A stretch of 64,000 bases of DNA. Origin: Candidatus Thorarchaeota archaeon. Lineage in GTDB: Archaea > Asgardarchaeota > Thorarchaeia > Thorarchaeales > Thorarchaeaceae. Below, piece after piece: positions 7,560 through 17,145 of the stretch. Where the stretch lies: NCBI GenBank assembly GCA_016933575.1, contig JAFGAR010000064.1, positions 96,001-160,000 of the forward strand, in the 5' to 3' direction. The notes beneath the pieces are model-generated. The model saw nothing but the letters and a program-made list of their open reading frames with translations. It ran no database searches and was not told the origin of the DNA. Position numbers and translations under genes: made by a program. Within the stretch, counting starts at the first letter, position 1. Each line of letters opens with the position of its first letter.

Positions 7560-10163
7560 TTGAAGAGGAAGATCATTAACCTTGGTCTATCATGCATAGG
7601 CCCAATCGCCCTTGTTGTCTTGTTGACTATGCCAATTGGTCCTCTAGCCGGAGGTCTTGGCATACTACAGCCTTGGGGTGGAATCTTTGATGTCGGAAGA
7701 GGTATCCAACACTCAGGTGTTGAGCTAGTGTCACTTCCTGATACAATATCCGGTGCGGATGTTATCATAGATGAATGGGGTATACCTCATATCTACGGTG
7801 ATACAGTAGAGGATGCATTCCTAGCATTGGGATATATGCATGCGCGAGACCGACTTTTCCAGATTGTCATGCAGACATATTTGGCATCTGGGAGAATTTG
7901 TGAAGTAGTCGGTGGTGCAAGTTATTACGTTGACACTGACAAGTTTCACCGTTCAATAGGACTTGCGAAATCTGCCGAAAATACCTATCAGTGGTATCTA
8001 GACAATGCTGCTACAAATGAGGATGTCAACTACACGCTACGCTGCGTATATGCACATGTAGCTGGAATGAATGCTTTTATTGATTCAATGACCATGGAAA
8101 ATACGCCAATCGAGTTCAAGATTCTCGGGTTCACTCCTCAACATTTCACTCCTGTTGACTCATTCATTTGGGCCAAATACATGACCTGGGGTCTATCAGG
8201 AGGAGTTCGTGATCTGCGTAATGAATTCATTCGAAGCAGTCTTGATAATGATTCGATGTACGGTGAACTCTTTCCAGAGTTTTATCCAAACACAATTCCT
8301 GTTATTCCAGAACAATATAATCTGAGTCTATCTGACTATGTAGATGCTCCTGGAGGTTATCCTGTAATGACAGTACCACCGCCAAGTGCTCTGATTCATG
8401 ATGAACCCACTAATCTGATTTCGCTTGATCAGATTGAAGATGTTCTAGAGATGGTCTCTGACATAATCAATATCTTCGGTGATGTAGAATTTGTTGGAAG
8501 TAACAGTTGGGCTGCAAATGGAAGCAAGACTGCTACTGGTCATGCTATGTTGGCGAACGATCCCCATTTGTCTCTGCAGGCTCCATCTCTCTGGTATGAA
8601 GTTCACATTGTGGTCTTGGATGTAGATGAACCACTCAACGTACAAGGTGGAAGTCTCCCAGGTACGCCTGGTATTCTTATCGGTCATACACAACACATCA
8701 CATGGGGGATGACGAATGTCGGAGCTGATGTTCTTGATATCTTCGTAGAGGAACTAAATCCTTCAGACTCAACGCAATACCGATACAATGGAGAATGGCA
8801 AGATTTCACTATTCGAGAGGAAATCATTCATGTAAAGGGTGGAGCTGATATACCGTATGAGGTCTATTGGTCAGTTCATGGGCCCTGCATTGACTCGGTG
8901 ACTAGTACCTATGAATCTGATACAGTTGAATCCTATCCCAACCTGGCAATGAATTGGACAGGCCTCAGTATTACGCATGAAGTTTTAACATTGGGTCTCC
9001 TTAATCGCGCAAATAATCTAACTGACTACTACGATGCTATGTATTGGTGGGATTCGCCTCCACACAATTTCATCTATGCTGATGATGCTGGAAACATTGC
9101 TATTACAGTCGCAGGCAGATTCCCAATTCGGCAAGGCTATTCAGGTAATTTCCCAGTGACAGCTCTAAATGACTCAATAGGAATGATAAGCAATATCCCG
9201 TATGCCTTCAATCCTCGCTCTGTGAATCCATCGCAATGCTTCCTTCAGTCTGCAAATCAAAAATCGATTGACCCAACTTCCTATTCTTACACGATACTTG
9301 GTGCACAGAGTCCTGATTATAGAGCTGAAAGGATTCATACAGTGCTCGAGAGCGCAAGTGGTATTACGGTAGAAGATATGATGCAACTGCAGGCGGATAT
9401 TGTTGATCTCACCGCTGAGAAGATATTGCCATTCGTTATTGATGCTTGGAATGCTGATGGAGACTCAAACGCAACAATTGAAGACATCATAGATTTACTT
9501 GATGCGTGGGATTATGAGATGGATACTGATACCGCTAGTCCAACAATCTGGGTGTACCTTCTTGAAGCAGTGAGATATGAGATATTCGATGAAGTTCGTT
9601 CTGTAGGTCTCTCTGCATCTGTTGTGCAGATACCGGTTCTCGAATGGGTAATCACAGAGCCTATTCCATACTATATTGATGACCATACCACTACAGGGAC
9701 AACTGAGACCATGAATGAAATTCTAGTCAGAGCCTTACATACAGCTGTGGATGAATTGTTTACCTTAGGGGAAGATGAGAGTGATTGGATGTATGGTCTA
9801 TATCACATTATAAAAATCGATCATCTAGCAGGACTAACATACATTGGCGGTGACGCACATAGGGGTAGCGGTTACACGGTGAATGTGGGACCCGGATGGG
9901 TTGTACAGCACGGGCCTTCTAGGAGAATGGTGGTAAGTTACATTTCAACACCCGAATATTATATTGTCTATCCTGGAGGTCAGAGTCAGGTCATGTTTAG
10001 TGATCATTGGGATGATCTCTTCATCCTGTGGTACACTTTTGATGAAACTTCCCAACATTATGGATACACACTGGAATACAACTATCTTACAGCTGATGCC
10101 TTCACTGCTGCAGATGATGGTACAATGATTGAATACTCTATACTAATTCGACCAAGGAGTTGA
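7560..10163 (+). CDS. Penicillin acylase family protein (Ntn hydrolase, S45), N-terminally anchored
   Basis: DEWGIPHIYG, GYMHARDRLFQ, GSNSWA (Ser nucleophile), LANDPHL, PGGQS. Confidence 0.92.
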   Translation: MKRKIINLGLSCIGPIALVVLLTMPIGPLAGGLGILQPWGGIFDVGRGIQHSGVELVSLPDTISGADVIIDEWGIPHIYGDTVEDAFLALGYMHARDRLFQIVMQTYLASGRICEVVGGASYYVDTDKFHRSIGLAKSAENTYQWYLDNAATNEDVNYTLRCVYAHVAGMNAFIDSMTMENTPIEFKILGFTPQHFTPVDSFIWAKYMTWGLSGGVRDLRNEFIRSSLDNDSMYGELFPEFYPNTIPVIPEQYNLSLSDYVDAPGGYPVMTVPPPSALIHDEPTNLISLDQIEDVLEMVSDIINIFGDVEFVGSNSWAANGSKTATGHAMLANDPHLSLQAPSLWYEVHIVVLDVDEPLNVQGGSLPGTPGILIGHTQHITWGMTNVGADVLDIFVEELNPSDSTQYRYNGEWQDFTIREEIIHVKGGADIPYEVYWSVHGPCIDSVTSTYESDTVESYPNLAMNWTGLSITHEVLTLGLLNRANNLTDYYDAMYWWDSPPHNFIYADDAGNIAITVAGRFPIRQGYSGNFPVTALNDSIGMISNIPYAFNPRSVNPSQCFLQSANQKSIDPTSYSYTILGAQSPDYRAERIHTVLESASGITVEDMMQLQADIVDLTAEKILPFVIDAWNADGDSNATIEDIIDLLDAWDYEMDTDTASPTIWVYLLEAVRYEIFDEVRSVGLSASVVQIPVLEWVITEPIPYYIDDHTTTGTTETMNEILVRALHTAVDELFTLGEDESDWMYGLYHIIKIDHLAGLTYIGGDAHRGSGYTVNVGPGWVVQHGPSRRMVVSYISTPEYYIVYPGGQSQVMFSDHWDDLFILWYTFDETSQHYGYTLEYNYLTADAFTAADDGTMIEYSILIRPRS

Positions 10164-10167
10164 TTAA

Positions 10168-10581
10168 ATGAAAAAGATTGATGAAGTATTTCCAGATATT
10201 GGTATTGCCCCAGCTTTGATAGTCACTATTGTAATTTCAGCAGCTCTTCAGTTGAGTGGTTCCTGGACTGCAATGTTTGTCGCTGGAGTTCTTGGATCAT
10301 TATTTGTGAGACGCCACCGGAAGGCATTCTTAGTAGGTTTCTTGGGCGTTTTTATTGGGTGGTCGATTCTCTTTACATATGTGATTCTGACAGCTCAGGC
10401 TTTAGTTATTGCAGATTTTTTCCTTAGTCAACTTGGTCTTAGCGGATTAGGATGGTTGGTCATTGTCATCAGCTGCCTTATTGGTGGTCTTCTTGGAGGA
10501 TTTGGAGCACTCCTTGGAAGGTCTGTTGTAGAACTTGTGGATGGTCTTATCCCGCAAGAGCGTGAAAAGGAAGTAGAGTAG
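10168..10581 (+). CDS. Gly-rich multi-TM membrane protein
   Basis: About 4 hydrophobic helices, GGLLGGFG; 4 bp downstream of the acylase. Confidence 0.7.
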   Translation: MKKIDEVFPDIGIAPALIVTIVISAALQLSGSWTAMFVAGVLGSLFVRRHRKAFLVGFLGVFIGWSILFTYVILTAQALVIADFFLSQLGLSGLGWLVIVISCLIGGLLGGFGALLGRSVVELVDGLIPQEREKEVE

Positions 10582-10602
10582 TTCAAGGAAAGCTATAGCT
10601 GT

Positions 10603-11187
10603 TCAAGCTATGGCTTTCTGTCTCCATTTTTTTAGATAGAGCGTAGATCCAATTAGAATTACTAGTATACTCAGAAATCCAATCATCAATAGTATTGGAA
10701 TATAATCATATGAGTCACTAACACTCCCTGTGAGTTTCATCATGTATATAGAATCGTTATAAAAGATTAGATACCATCTCCCCTCAGTCGGTATTCGAAA
10801 TGACCATTGCAATTCCGATACATCCAGTCTTGAATAGGCTGCAGAGAATTCTTGATCTTCCTGAAACAGAAAGTAGTTCGATTCATTCATGATGTAGAAA
10901 TGAATATCTTCCTGAGTCCAGTCATCGTATTTCTGTTCATCGCCTGGATACAGACTTCCATCACTTGATACTTGAAATTGACCTGAAACAATATCTCCCT
11001 CGTGACAATTAATAGGAATCATCTCCCATGAAAAAGCATCGATTATGAGTTCATACTCGCTCTGCAATTGATTTGTGTATGAAATGGTATGACTTGTCGA
11101 ACATCCAGTAGGAATGATTGTTAATAGTATGATTAGAATCAAACATTCATACTGCTTGATCTCTTGTCTATTGTGAAAGGTCATCAT
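10603..11187 (-). CDS. GOLD-domain (emp24/gp25L/p24-like) type I membrane protein
   Basis: Signal-like N-terminus; GDIVSGQFQV...DIHFYI...WSFRIPTEGRWYLIFYN strand pattern; C-terminal TM and basic tail KKWRQKAIA. Confidence 0.55.
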   Translation of the reverse strand: MMTFHNRQEIKQYECLILIILLTIIPTGCSTSHTISYTNQLQSEYELIIDAFSWEMIPINCHEGDIVSGQFQVSSDGSLYPGDEQKYDDWTQEDIHFYIMNESNYFLFQEDQEFSAAYSRLDVSELQWSFRIPTEGRWYLIFYNDSIYMMKLTGSVSDSYDYIPILLMIGFLSILVILIGSTLYLKKWRQKAIA

Positions 11188-11383
11188 CTATACCAACTAG
11201 GTTTCAGTTGATAGTATCACGCATCGATTAGTGTTCTATTCTTTCAATAGACAAGTCGTTAATGTATATAAGGATGGTCTAAACATTCTCAACAGGAACT
11301 GCTGAAGCTCTCTTCTGTTCATTCCATAGGGAAGGTCTTTTATCTCTCACCTTCAAAGCTATACATGCAAATCGAAATGATAG

Positions 11384-12577
11384 GTGGAAATAATGCATCG
11401 AGAGCTTGCCAAAGGCGTCTATTACATTGGTGTTGATGATCACCACACTGAGTTATTTGAGAATCTCTGGAAACTCCCTTACGGAGTATCATACAATAGC
11501 TATCTGATCGTTGATGAAAAAATAGCTCTGATTGAGACCGTCAAAAGTCCTTGGGCTGATGAATGGCTTGATAATATTCGCGAGATTGTGGATCCCTCAA
11601 AGATTGATTATATCATTCTGAATCATATGGAGCCTGATCATACAAGTGCTCTTCCAGACATTGCCAAGTTAGCTCCCAATGCAACGCTTGTATATACGCC
11701 AAGAGCCTCTGATATGAGAAAATCATTCTATGATGTTGATCTCAAAGAGAAGACAGCAGAAGATCTCGAAGAAATCTCACTCGGAACAAAGACACTCAAG
11801 TTTGTTCATGTTCCCTTTGTCCATTGGCCTGAGACCATGGCTACCTGGCTTGCTGAGGATGGAATCTTATTCAGCTGTGATGCCTTTGGGGCCTTTGGTG
11901 CTTTGAATGGCAAGCACTTTGATGATGAAGCAAATCTGGAATTAGTGGAGAAAGAGAGTCGGAGGTATGTTTCAGCTATCATCACTTCCTATTTTAAATT
12001 CGTTCAAAATGCTATCAAGAAAGTGAAGGAACTTGGAATCAACATTAAGATAATAGCTCCAAGTCATGGTATCATCTATAGAACTAATCCGATGTGGGTA
12101 GTTAACAAATATGATGAATGGAGCAGTCCTGAACTTGAAATGAATTGTACAATAGTGTATGGCACTATGTATGGATACACTCATCGTCTCGCTATGAAGC
12201 TTAAGAAGGAATTACTCGATTTAGGAGTGGATGTAACAGTTCACAATGTTTCGTATAGTGAGATGAGTAAGGTCATTACAGACACGGTTCGAACAGGAGT
12301 CATAGTGATTGGTTCACCGACTTATGATGCATTTCCATTTCCAAAGATTTGGGCTTATGTCAACGAGCTGCAGGGTAAACGATTTGCGCCTCGTCCGGTA
12401 GGTCTCTTCGGAACATTCGGATGGGGCGGCGGTGGCGTCAAGAAGCTCCAGAGGATGATTGAAGAGATGAAATGTGAAATTCTTGAACCCGTGATCCAAG
12501 TAAGAGGAATGCCCTCAGAGGAAGAGAACGAATCCATCAAGCAACTTGCAAAGGCAATTGCGCAAAAGTTACACTGA
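11384..12577 (+). CDS. fprA: Flavodiiron protein (FprA, A-type flavoprotein)
   Basis: YNSYLI, HMEPDH, HWPE, SCDAFG, PSHG, and flavodoxin TMYGYT / GSPT / FGWGGG motifs. Confidence 0.93.
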   Translation: MEIMHRELAKGVYYIGVDDHHTELFENLWKLPYGVSYNSYLIVDEKIALIETVKSPWADEWLDNIREIVDPSKIDYIILNHMEPDHTSALPDIAKLAPNATLVYTPRASDMRKSFYDVDLKEKTAEDLEEISLGTKTLKFVHVPFVHWPETMATWLAEDGILFSCDAFGAFGALNGKHFDDEANLELVEKESRRYVSAIITSYFKFVQNAIKKVKELGINIKIIAPSHGIIYRTNPMWVVNKYDEWSSPELEMNCTIVYGTMYGYTHRLAMKLKKELLDLGVDVTVHNVSYSEMSKVITDTVRTGVIVIGSPTYDAFPFPKIWAYVNELQGKRFAPRPVGLFGTFGWGGGGVKKLQRMIEEMKCEILEPVIQVRGMPSEEENESIKQLAKAIAQKLH

Positions 12578-12711
12578 TTTGGCTCAAAGTTGTAGGACCG
12601 GAATAGAGTTAGTCTTGTCTAAGAACACTCTTATTAATATAAAACACTCCGTCTTCACACTATCGCAATAGCGAAAACGAATGCTGGACAATCAATTCCA
12701 GCGCGAGAGAG

Positions 12712-13302
12712 TTGAATACGATGAAACTAAAGGGAACACAGACGGAGAAGAACCTATTGACATCTTTTGCAGGTGAATCTCAGGCAAGAAATCGATATCA
12801 GAGATATGCTAAGGCTGCAAAAGCAGAAGGTTACGAGTACATCGCAAAAGTGTTCGAGGAAACTGCCAATGAGGAATTCGAGCATGCATCAAGATTCTTC
12901 AAATTCATGGATGCAGGTGAATGTACACCTGAGATTAAAGTCGAATGGAGTTTCCCAACTGGTCATATCGGAACTACTGAAGAAAATCTACGTGCAGCTG
13001 CTGCTGGCGAAAAATTCGAGTTTTCAGAAATGTATCCTGGATATGCTGACATTGCTGAAAAGGAAGGATTCAGCAAGATTGCAAATGCATGGAGAATGAT
13101 TGCACACGCAGAGACTTGGCATCATGAGAGATACTTGGAGCTTGCAGAACGAATTGCTGATGGATCCATTCTCAAGAAGAAAGAGAAGATCAAATGGCGT
13201 TGTTCTAATTGCGGGTATATTCATGAAGGTGACCATCCTCCCGAGAAATGTCCCGCATGCGATCACCCAAAGGGATACTTCTACCCTCATGTATTCCAGT
13301 AA
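12712..13302 (+). CDS. rbr: Rubrerythrin
   Basis: SFAGESQARNRY, EEFEHA, EKFE..MYP, HAETWH; C-terminal CSNCG...CPAC rubredoxin-like site. Confidence 0.93.
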   Translation: MNTMKLKGTQTEKNLLTSFAGESQARNRYQRYAKAAKAEGYEYIAKVFEETANEEFEHASRFFKFMDAGECTPEIKVEWSFPTGHIGTTEENLRAAAAGEKFEFSEMYPGYADIAEKEGFSKIANAWRMIAHAETWHHERYLELAERIADGSILKKKEKIKWRCSNCGYIHEGDHPPEKCPACDHPKGYFYPHVFQ

Positions 13303-13319
13303 TAATAAGATGTTATAGA

Positions 13320-13356
13320 GACCCTGTTCCTTATCGCAGGGTCATTCTTTTTCTTT
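13320..13356 (+). terminator. Hairpin + U-tract terminator
   Basis: GACCCTG-ttccttatcg-CAGGGTC then TTCTTTTTCTTT. Confidence 0.55.
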
Positions 13357-13575
13357 ATGTCAGGAACTATTGCGTTATTTGTGGAATCCTGTTCTTTTTT
13401 TTGGAAAATCTTTGCGTACACCCATAGCCAGTTATTAAGCAGTAATTGCAATACAATTGGTTTTAGTTTATTCCATGAACTAAAGCCTTATATCCCACAC
13501 CAAAGTTTCGGCCATTTGCTGTAGCAGCAGACTGGCCAATTTTGTGGCTCGTGTACCGCGGGTGGTTGTTCCACC

Positions 13576-14601
13576 ATGAAACTGAGAGATTATATTATTC
13601 GGAGGCTCCTGTTAGCTATCCCAGTAGTAATCGGTGTCTTAGCTATAACCTTCGTTCTTTCTTATATTGTTGGTAATCCAATCACTCTTTATACCACAGA
13701 ACGAACAAGACCCGAGGCTCTAGCTGGTATCATAGCTGAACACGGGCTGGACAGACCTATCTACATCCAATTCTTCTACTATTTACGAGATTTAATACTA
13801 GGCGACTGGGGTTATTCTCGAACTGCGAGAATGGATGTGACAGAAGCAATTTCTTGGAAGCTTCCAGCAACCATTGAGCTTGCTCTTGTAGCAATGATCT
13901 TTGCTGTAATTGTTGGAATTCCTCTTGGAATTGTTTCCGCAACGAAAAAAGACAAAGCACCAGATCATATCACAAGAATAGTAGCACTAGCTGGTGTCAG
14001 TATGCCCATTTTCTGGTTCGCACTGATCCTCAAGTATCTCTTCTTTTATCAGTTCTTTACTTGGGGTCTACCCTATCTTCCAGAAGGTGGTCGGTATTCC
14101 TATGAGTACATACCATATACACCAATTACGAATTTCGTACTAGTCGATTCTATTATCACACTCAATCCTGTCTTACTCTTCGATGCAGCAATACATTTGA
14201 TATTACCGGGTTTTGCCCTAGGATATCTGACCTTGGCCATCATTACAAGAATGATGCGTTCAAGTATGCTGGAAGTGTTGAAGGAGGATTACATAACTCT
14301 GGCAAGATCCAAAGGTCTTCGTGAGCGAGTAGTTATCTATAAGCACGCACTTCGCAATGCAATGATTCCCACTGTAACAGTAATTGGTCTTGCATTCGGT
14401 GGTCTGATGACTGGAGCAGTTCTGACAGAGACTATCTTTAGCTGGCCTGGTCTTGGTAGATGGTCAACTCGTGCGATATTGACCTCAGATATACCAAGTA
14501 TCAATGCATTCACTCTACTGGTAGCATTCATCTTCGTGGGTGCCAACCTAATAGTGGACTTAATCTACGGGACATTGGATCCAAGGATTCGGTACGGATA
14601 G
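13576..14601 (+). CDS. dppB: Peptide ABC transporter permease DppB/OppB
   Basis: GLDRPIYIQF, PATIELA, RSSMLEVL.EDYITLARSKGL, ETIFSWPGLG, DPRIR. Confidence 0.93.
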   Translation: MKLRDYIIRRLLLAIPVVIGVLAITFVLSYIVGNPITLYTTERTRPEALAGIIAEHGLDRPIYIQFFYYLRDLILGDWGYSRTARMDVTEAISWKLPATIELALVAMIFAVIVGIPLGIVSATKKDKAPDHITRIVALAGVSMPIFWFALILKYLFFYQFFTWGLPYLPEGGRYSYEYIPYTPITNFVLVDSIITLNPVLLFDAAIHLILPGFALGYLTLAIITRMMRSSMLEVLKEDYITLARSKGLRERVVIYKHALRNAMIPTVTVIGLAFGGLMTGAVLTETIFSWPGLGRWSTRAILTSDIPSINAFTLLVAFIFVGANLIVDLIYGTLDPRIRYG

Positions 14602-14615
14602 GAGGCTGAAAGAAA

Positions 14616-15911
14616 ATGACACAAACAGATACATGGAGTGCCGCAATTTCTGGTTCTATTGAGCAAGAGGAAACACCACAATCAATTAACGCGCTCTGTG
14701 TTGTACAGATTATTGTTGCTCTCATCGGAATGTTAACAGGAGTTCTTGCTTTTACGAATTCCTTCATTCTATATACTGCTGAATCTATCCCATTGGTTGG
14801 AGCTCTGGGATCCATGATGGTAACAGCACTACCAATGGTCATTATAGGCTTATTACTCATCCGAATTGGTCTAGATGCGCGAAAGCTGGAAACCTATGCA
14901 TTCTCATGGATTATCTATGGCAATGCAATAATGATACTTCTAACCTTCATGGCTGGAGGAGTCTTCCTCTACTCAGGGATAGCAAATGTCGCTGTTGTGG
15001 CGATGCTCTTTATCCCTCAGGTAAAAGAGTACTGGTGGGATCTTTTCAGGGAAGATATGGGCCCTCGAGCAAAAGAGACAAGGTACATGTTTTACCTAAT
15101 CCGAAGAAGTCCTCTAGTGATTGCTGGAATTGCTATTATCGTATTCTATGTCTTTCTAGCTTTAGCAGCTCCATGGATTACTCCTTATGGTCCAACTGAA
15201 CGCAACTGGTATGAAACACTACAACCTCCCAGTGCAACACATCTTTGGGGCACTGACCAGAATGGCGGTGATGTTTTCAGTATGGTAATTTGGGCTACGC
15301 AGATAGATCTTAAGATCGCAATTTCTGTTGTTGCTGTAGCACTTATCATGGGATCATTAGTCGGTGCAGCAGCTGGTTACTTTGGAGGCGCTGTTGACGA
15401 AGTCGTAATGAGAATTACCGACGTCTTCTTTGCCTTCCCGGGTCTTATCTTGGCTATGGCAATTGTAGCTGCACTTGGTCAGAGAAACCTTGACAACATC
15501 AGTATTGCTCTGATGTTAGTGTGGTGGCCAACCTATGCTCGACTTGTAAGAGGCCAAGTCCTTATCGAACGAGAGAAGCTTTACGTCGAAGCTGCACGAT
15601 CTGTTGGAGCTTCAGATGTGAGAATTCTAATATTCCACATTCTACCTAATACAATCCAACCAGTAATTGTACAAGCAACTCTGGATATGGGTGGTGTTCT
15701 GCTAACTGCAGCTGGTCTGAGCTTCATCGGATTCGGAGCCGAAGCCGGAACCGCGGAATGGGGCTGGATGATATCTCAGGGTCAGAACCACTTCATGAAC
15801 TACTGGGTGACATTCTTCCCTGGAATGGCAATTCTCATGTGCGCACTCTCATTCAATCTTGTTGGTGATGGAGTTCGTGACATTCTAGATCCCAAGCTGC
15901 GGAGGCGCTAG
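14616..15911 (+). CDS. dppC: Peptide ABC transporter permease DppC/OppC with extra N-terminal TM domain
   Basis: HLWGTD, YVEAARSVGA, HILPN, GLSFIGFG, GDGVRDILDP; ~150-aa hydrophobic N-terminal extension. Confidence 0.9.
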   Translation: MTQTDTWSAAISGSIEQEETPQSINALCVVQIIVALIGMLTGVLAFTNSFILYTAESIPLVGALGSMMVTALPMVIIGLLLIRIGLDARKLETYAFSWIIYGNAIMILLTFMAGGVFLYSGIANVAVVAMLFIPQVKEYWWDLFREDMGPRAKETRYMFYLIRRSPLVIAGIAIIVFYVFLALAAPWITPYGPTERNWYETLQPPSATHLWGTDQNGGDVFSMVIWATQIDLKIAISVVAVALIMGSLVGAAAGYFGGAVDEVVMRITDVFFAFPGLILAMAIVAALGQRNLDNISIALMLVWWPTYARLVRGQVLIEREKLYVEAARSVGASDVRILIFHILPNTIQPVIVQATLDMGGVLLTAAGLSFIGFGAEAGTAEWGWMISQGQNHFMNYWVTFFPGMAILMCALSFNLVGDGVRDILDPKLRRR

Positions 15912-15927
15912 ATTAGGAGTTGATATC

Positions 15928-17142
15928 ATGGCCATAGACGAAACTTCACAGAGTACAGAAAAATCTGAGACTGCTCTTCAACTAGATCCTACAATCGTAC
16001 TGGATGTTCGTGATCTTAAAACGAACTTCTATACATATGAAGGAGTTGTGAAGGCCTTGGATGGAGTTACAGTTCAACTACGAACTGGAGACACTCTTGC
16101 GTTAGTAGGTGAAACTGGGTGTGGCAAGAGTGTAACTGCAAAGTCAATCATGCGGCTCGTCGACTCCCCCGGAAGAATTGAAGCTGGACAGGTTATCTTT
16201 CAGGACATTGAACCTGATGGTGAACATGTCTTCAAGGATCTTCTGAAAGTCTCCGAAGCTGAGATGAGGGAGATTCGTGGTAATAAAATCTCTATTGTCT
16301 TTCAAGACCCTGCAACCTATCCGAATCCCGTATTCAAGATAGGTGACCAGATTGCTGAAGTCATTGCTCTTCATCAAGACCTATCTCTGGAGATTCTCCA
16401 GGACAAGATAGAGTCAATGGAGGAAGCGTTGAAACATGCTGATGGTCCTACTGCTGACGATATCTCAATCCGTCTTGAAGAACTCCGAGAGCAACTCAGC
16501 TCTCCTCCAAAACCAACAGACTCAGAAACAAAGAAAGCAGCCAAACGTAAGGCAATTGAGATGCTTAATCTCGTCCGAATGCCTTCTGCAGCTGAGATTG
16601 CCAACCAGTATCCTCATGAACTATCTGGTGGAATGCGCCAGAGAGCTCTGATTGCTATGTCGTTATCATGTAATCCACGGATTCTGATAGCCGATGAAGC
16701 AACGACAGCATTAGATGTAACAGTTCAAGCACAGGTGCTCAAGCTGCTTAATGAACTCAAATCAGAACTCGATGCATCTATCATCATCATTACTCATGAC
16801 CTTGGTGTTGTTGCTGAAACGTGCACTCAGGTGGCAGTAATGTACGCAGGTGTGGTTGTCGAATACACCAATACTGAGGAGTTGTTTTCTGATCCGATAC
16901 ATCCCTATACTTCAGGTCTTCTTGATGCAATTCCCAAGCTTACTGTGAAAGTGGAGAAACTGTCGCAGATTATGGGCACTGTACCTAATCTGATTAATCC
17001 ACCAACTGGATGCAGGTTCCATCCACGATGTGAGTTTGCTACAGAACAATGTAAGCAACAGAGACCTCCACGAGAGGAAATGAAACCTGGTCATTGGGTT
17101 GAATGTTGGCATCCTCAGGGTTCAATGCTACGGAGGAAATGA
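15928..17142 (+). CDS. dppD: Peptide ABC transporter ATP-binding protein DppD (with helical insertion)
   Basis: GETGCGKS, LSGGMRQR, IADE, ITHD, HPY and C-terminal Cys cluster. Confidence 0.92.
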   Translation: MAIDETSQSTEKSETALQLDPTIVLDVRDLKTNFYTYEGVVKALDGVTVQLRTGDTLALVGETGCGKSVTAKSIMRLVDSPGRIEAGQVIFQDIEPDGEHVFKDLLKVSEAEMREIRGNKISIVFQDPATYPNPVFKIGDQIAEVIALHQDLSLEILQDKIESMEEALKHADGPTADDISIRLEELREQLSSPPKPTDSETKKAAKRKAIEMLNLVRMPSAAEIANQYPHELSGGMRQRALIAMSLSCNPRILIADEATTALDVTVQAQVLKLLNELKSELDASIIIITHDLGVVAETCTQVAVMYAGVVVEYTNTEELFSDPIHPYTSGLLDAIPKLTVKVEKLSQIMGTVPNLINPPTGCRFHPRCEFATEQCKQQRPPREEMKPGHWVECWHPQGSMLRRK

Positions 17143-17145
17143 ATT

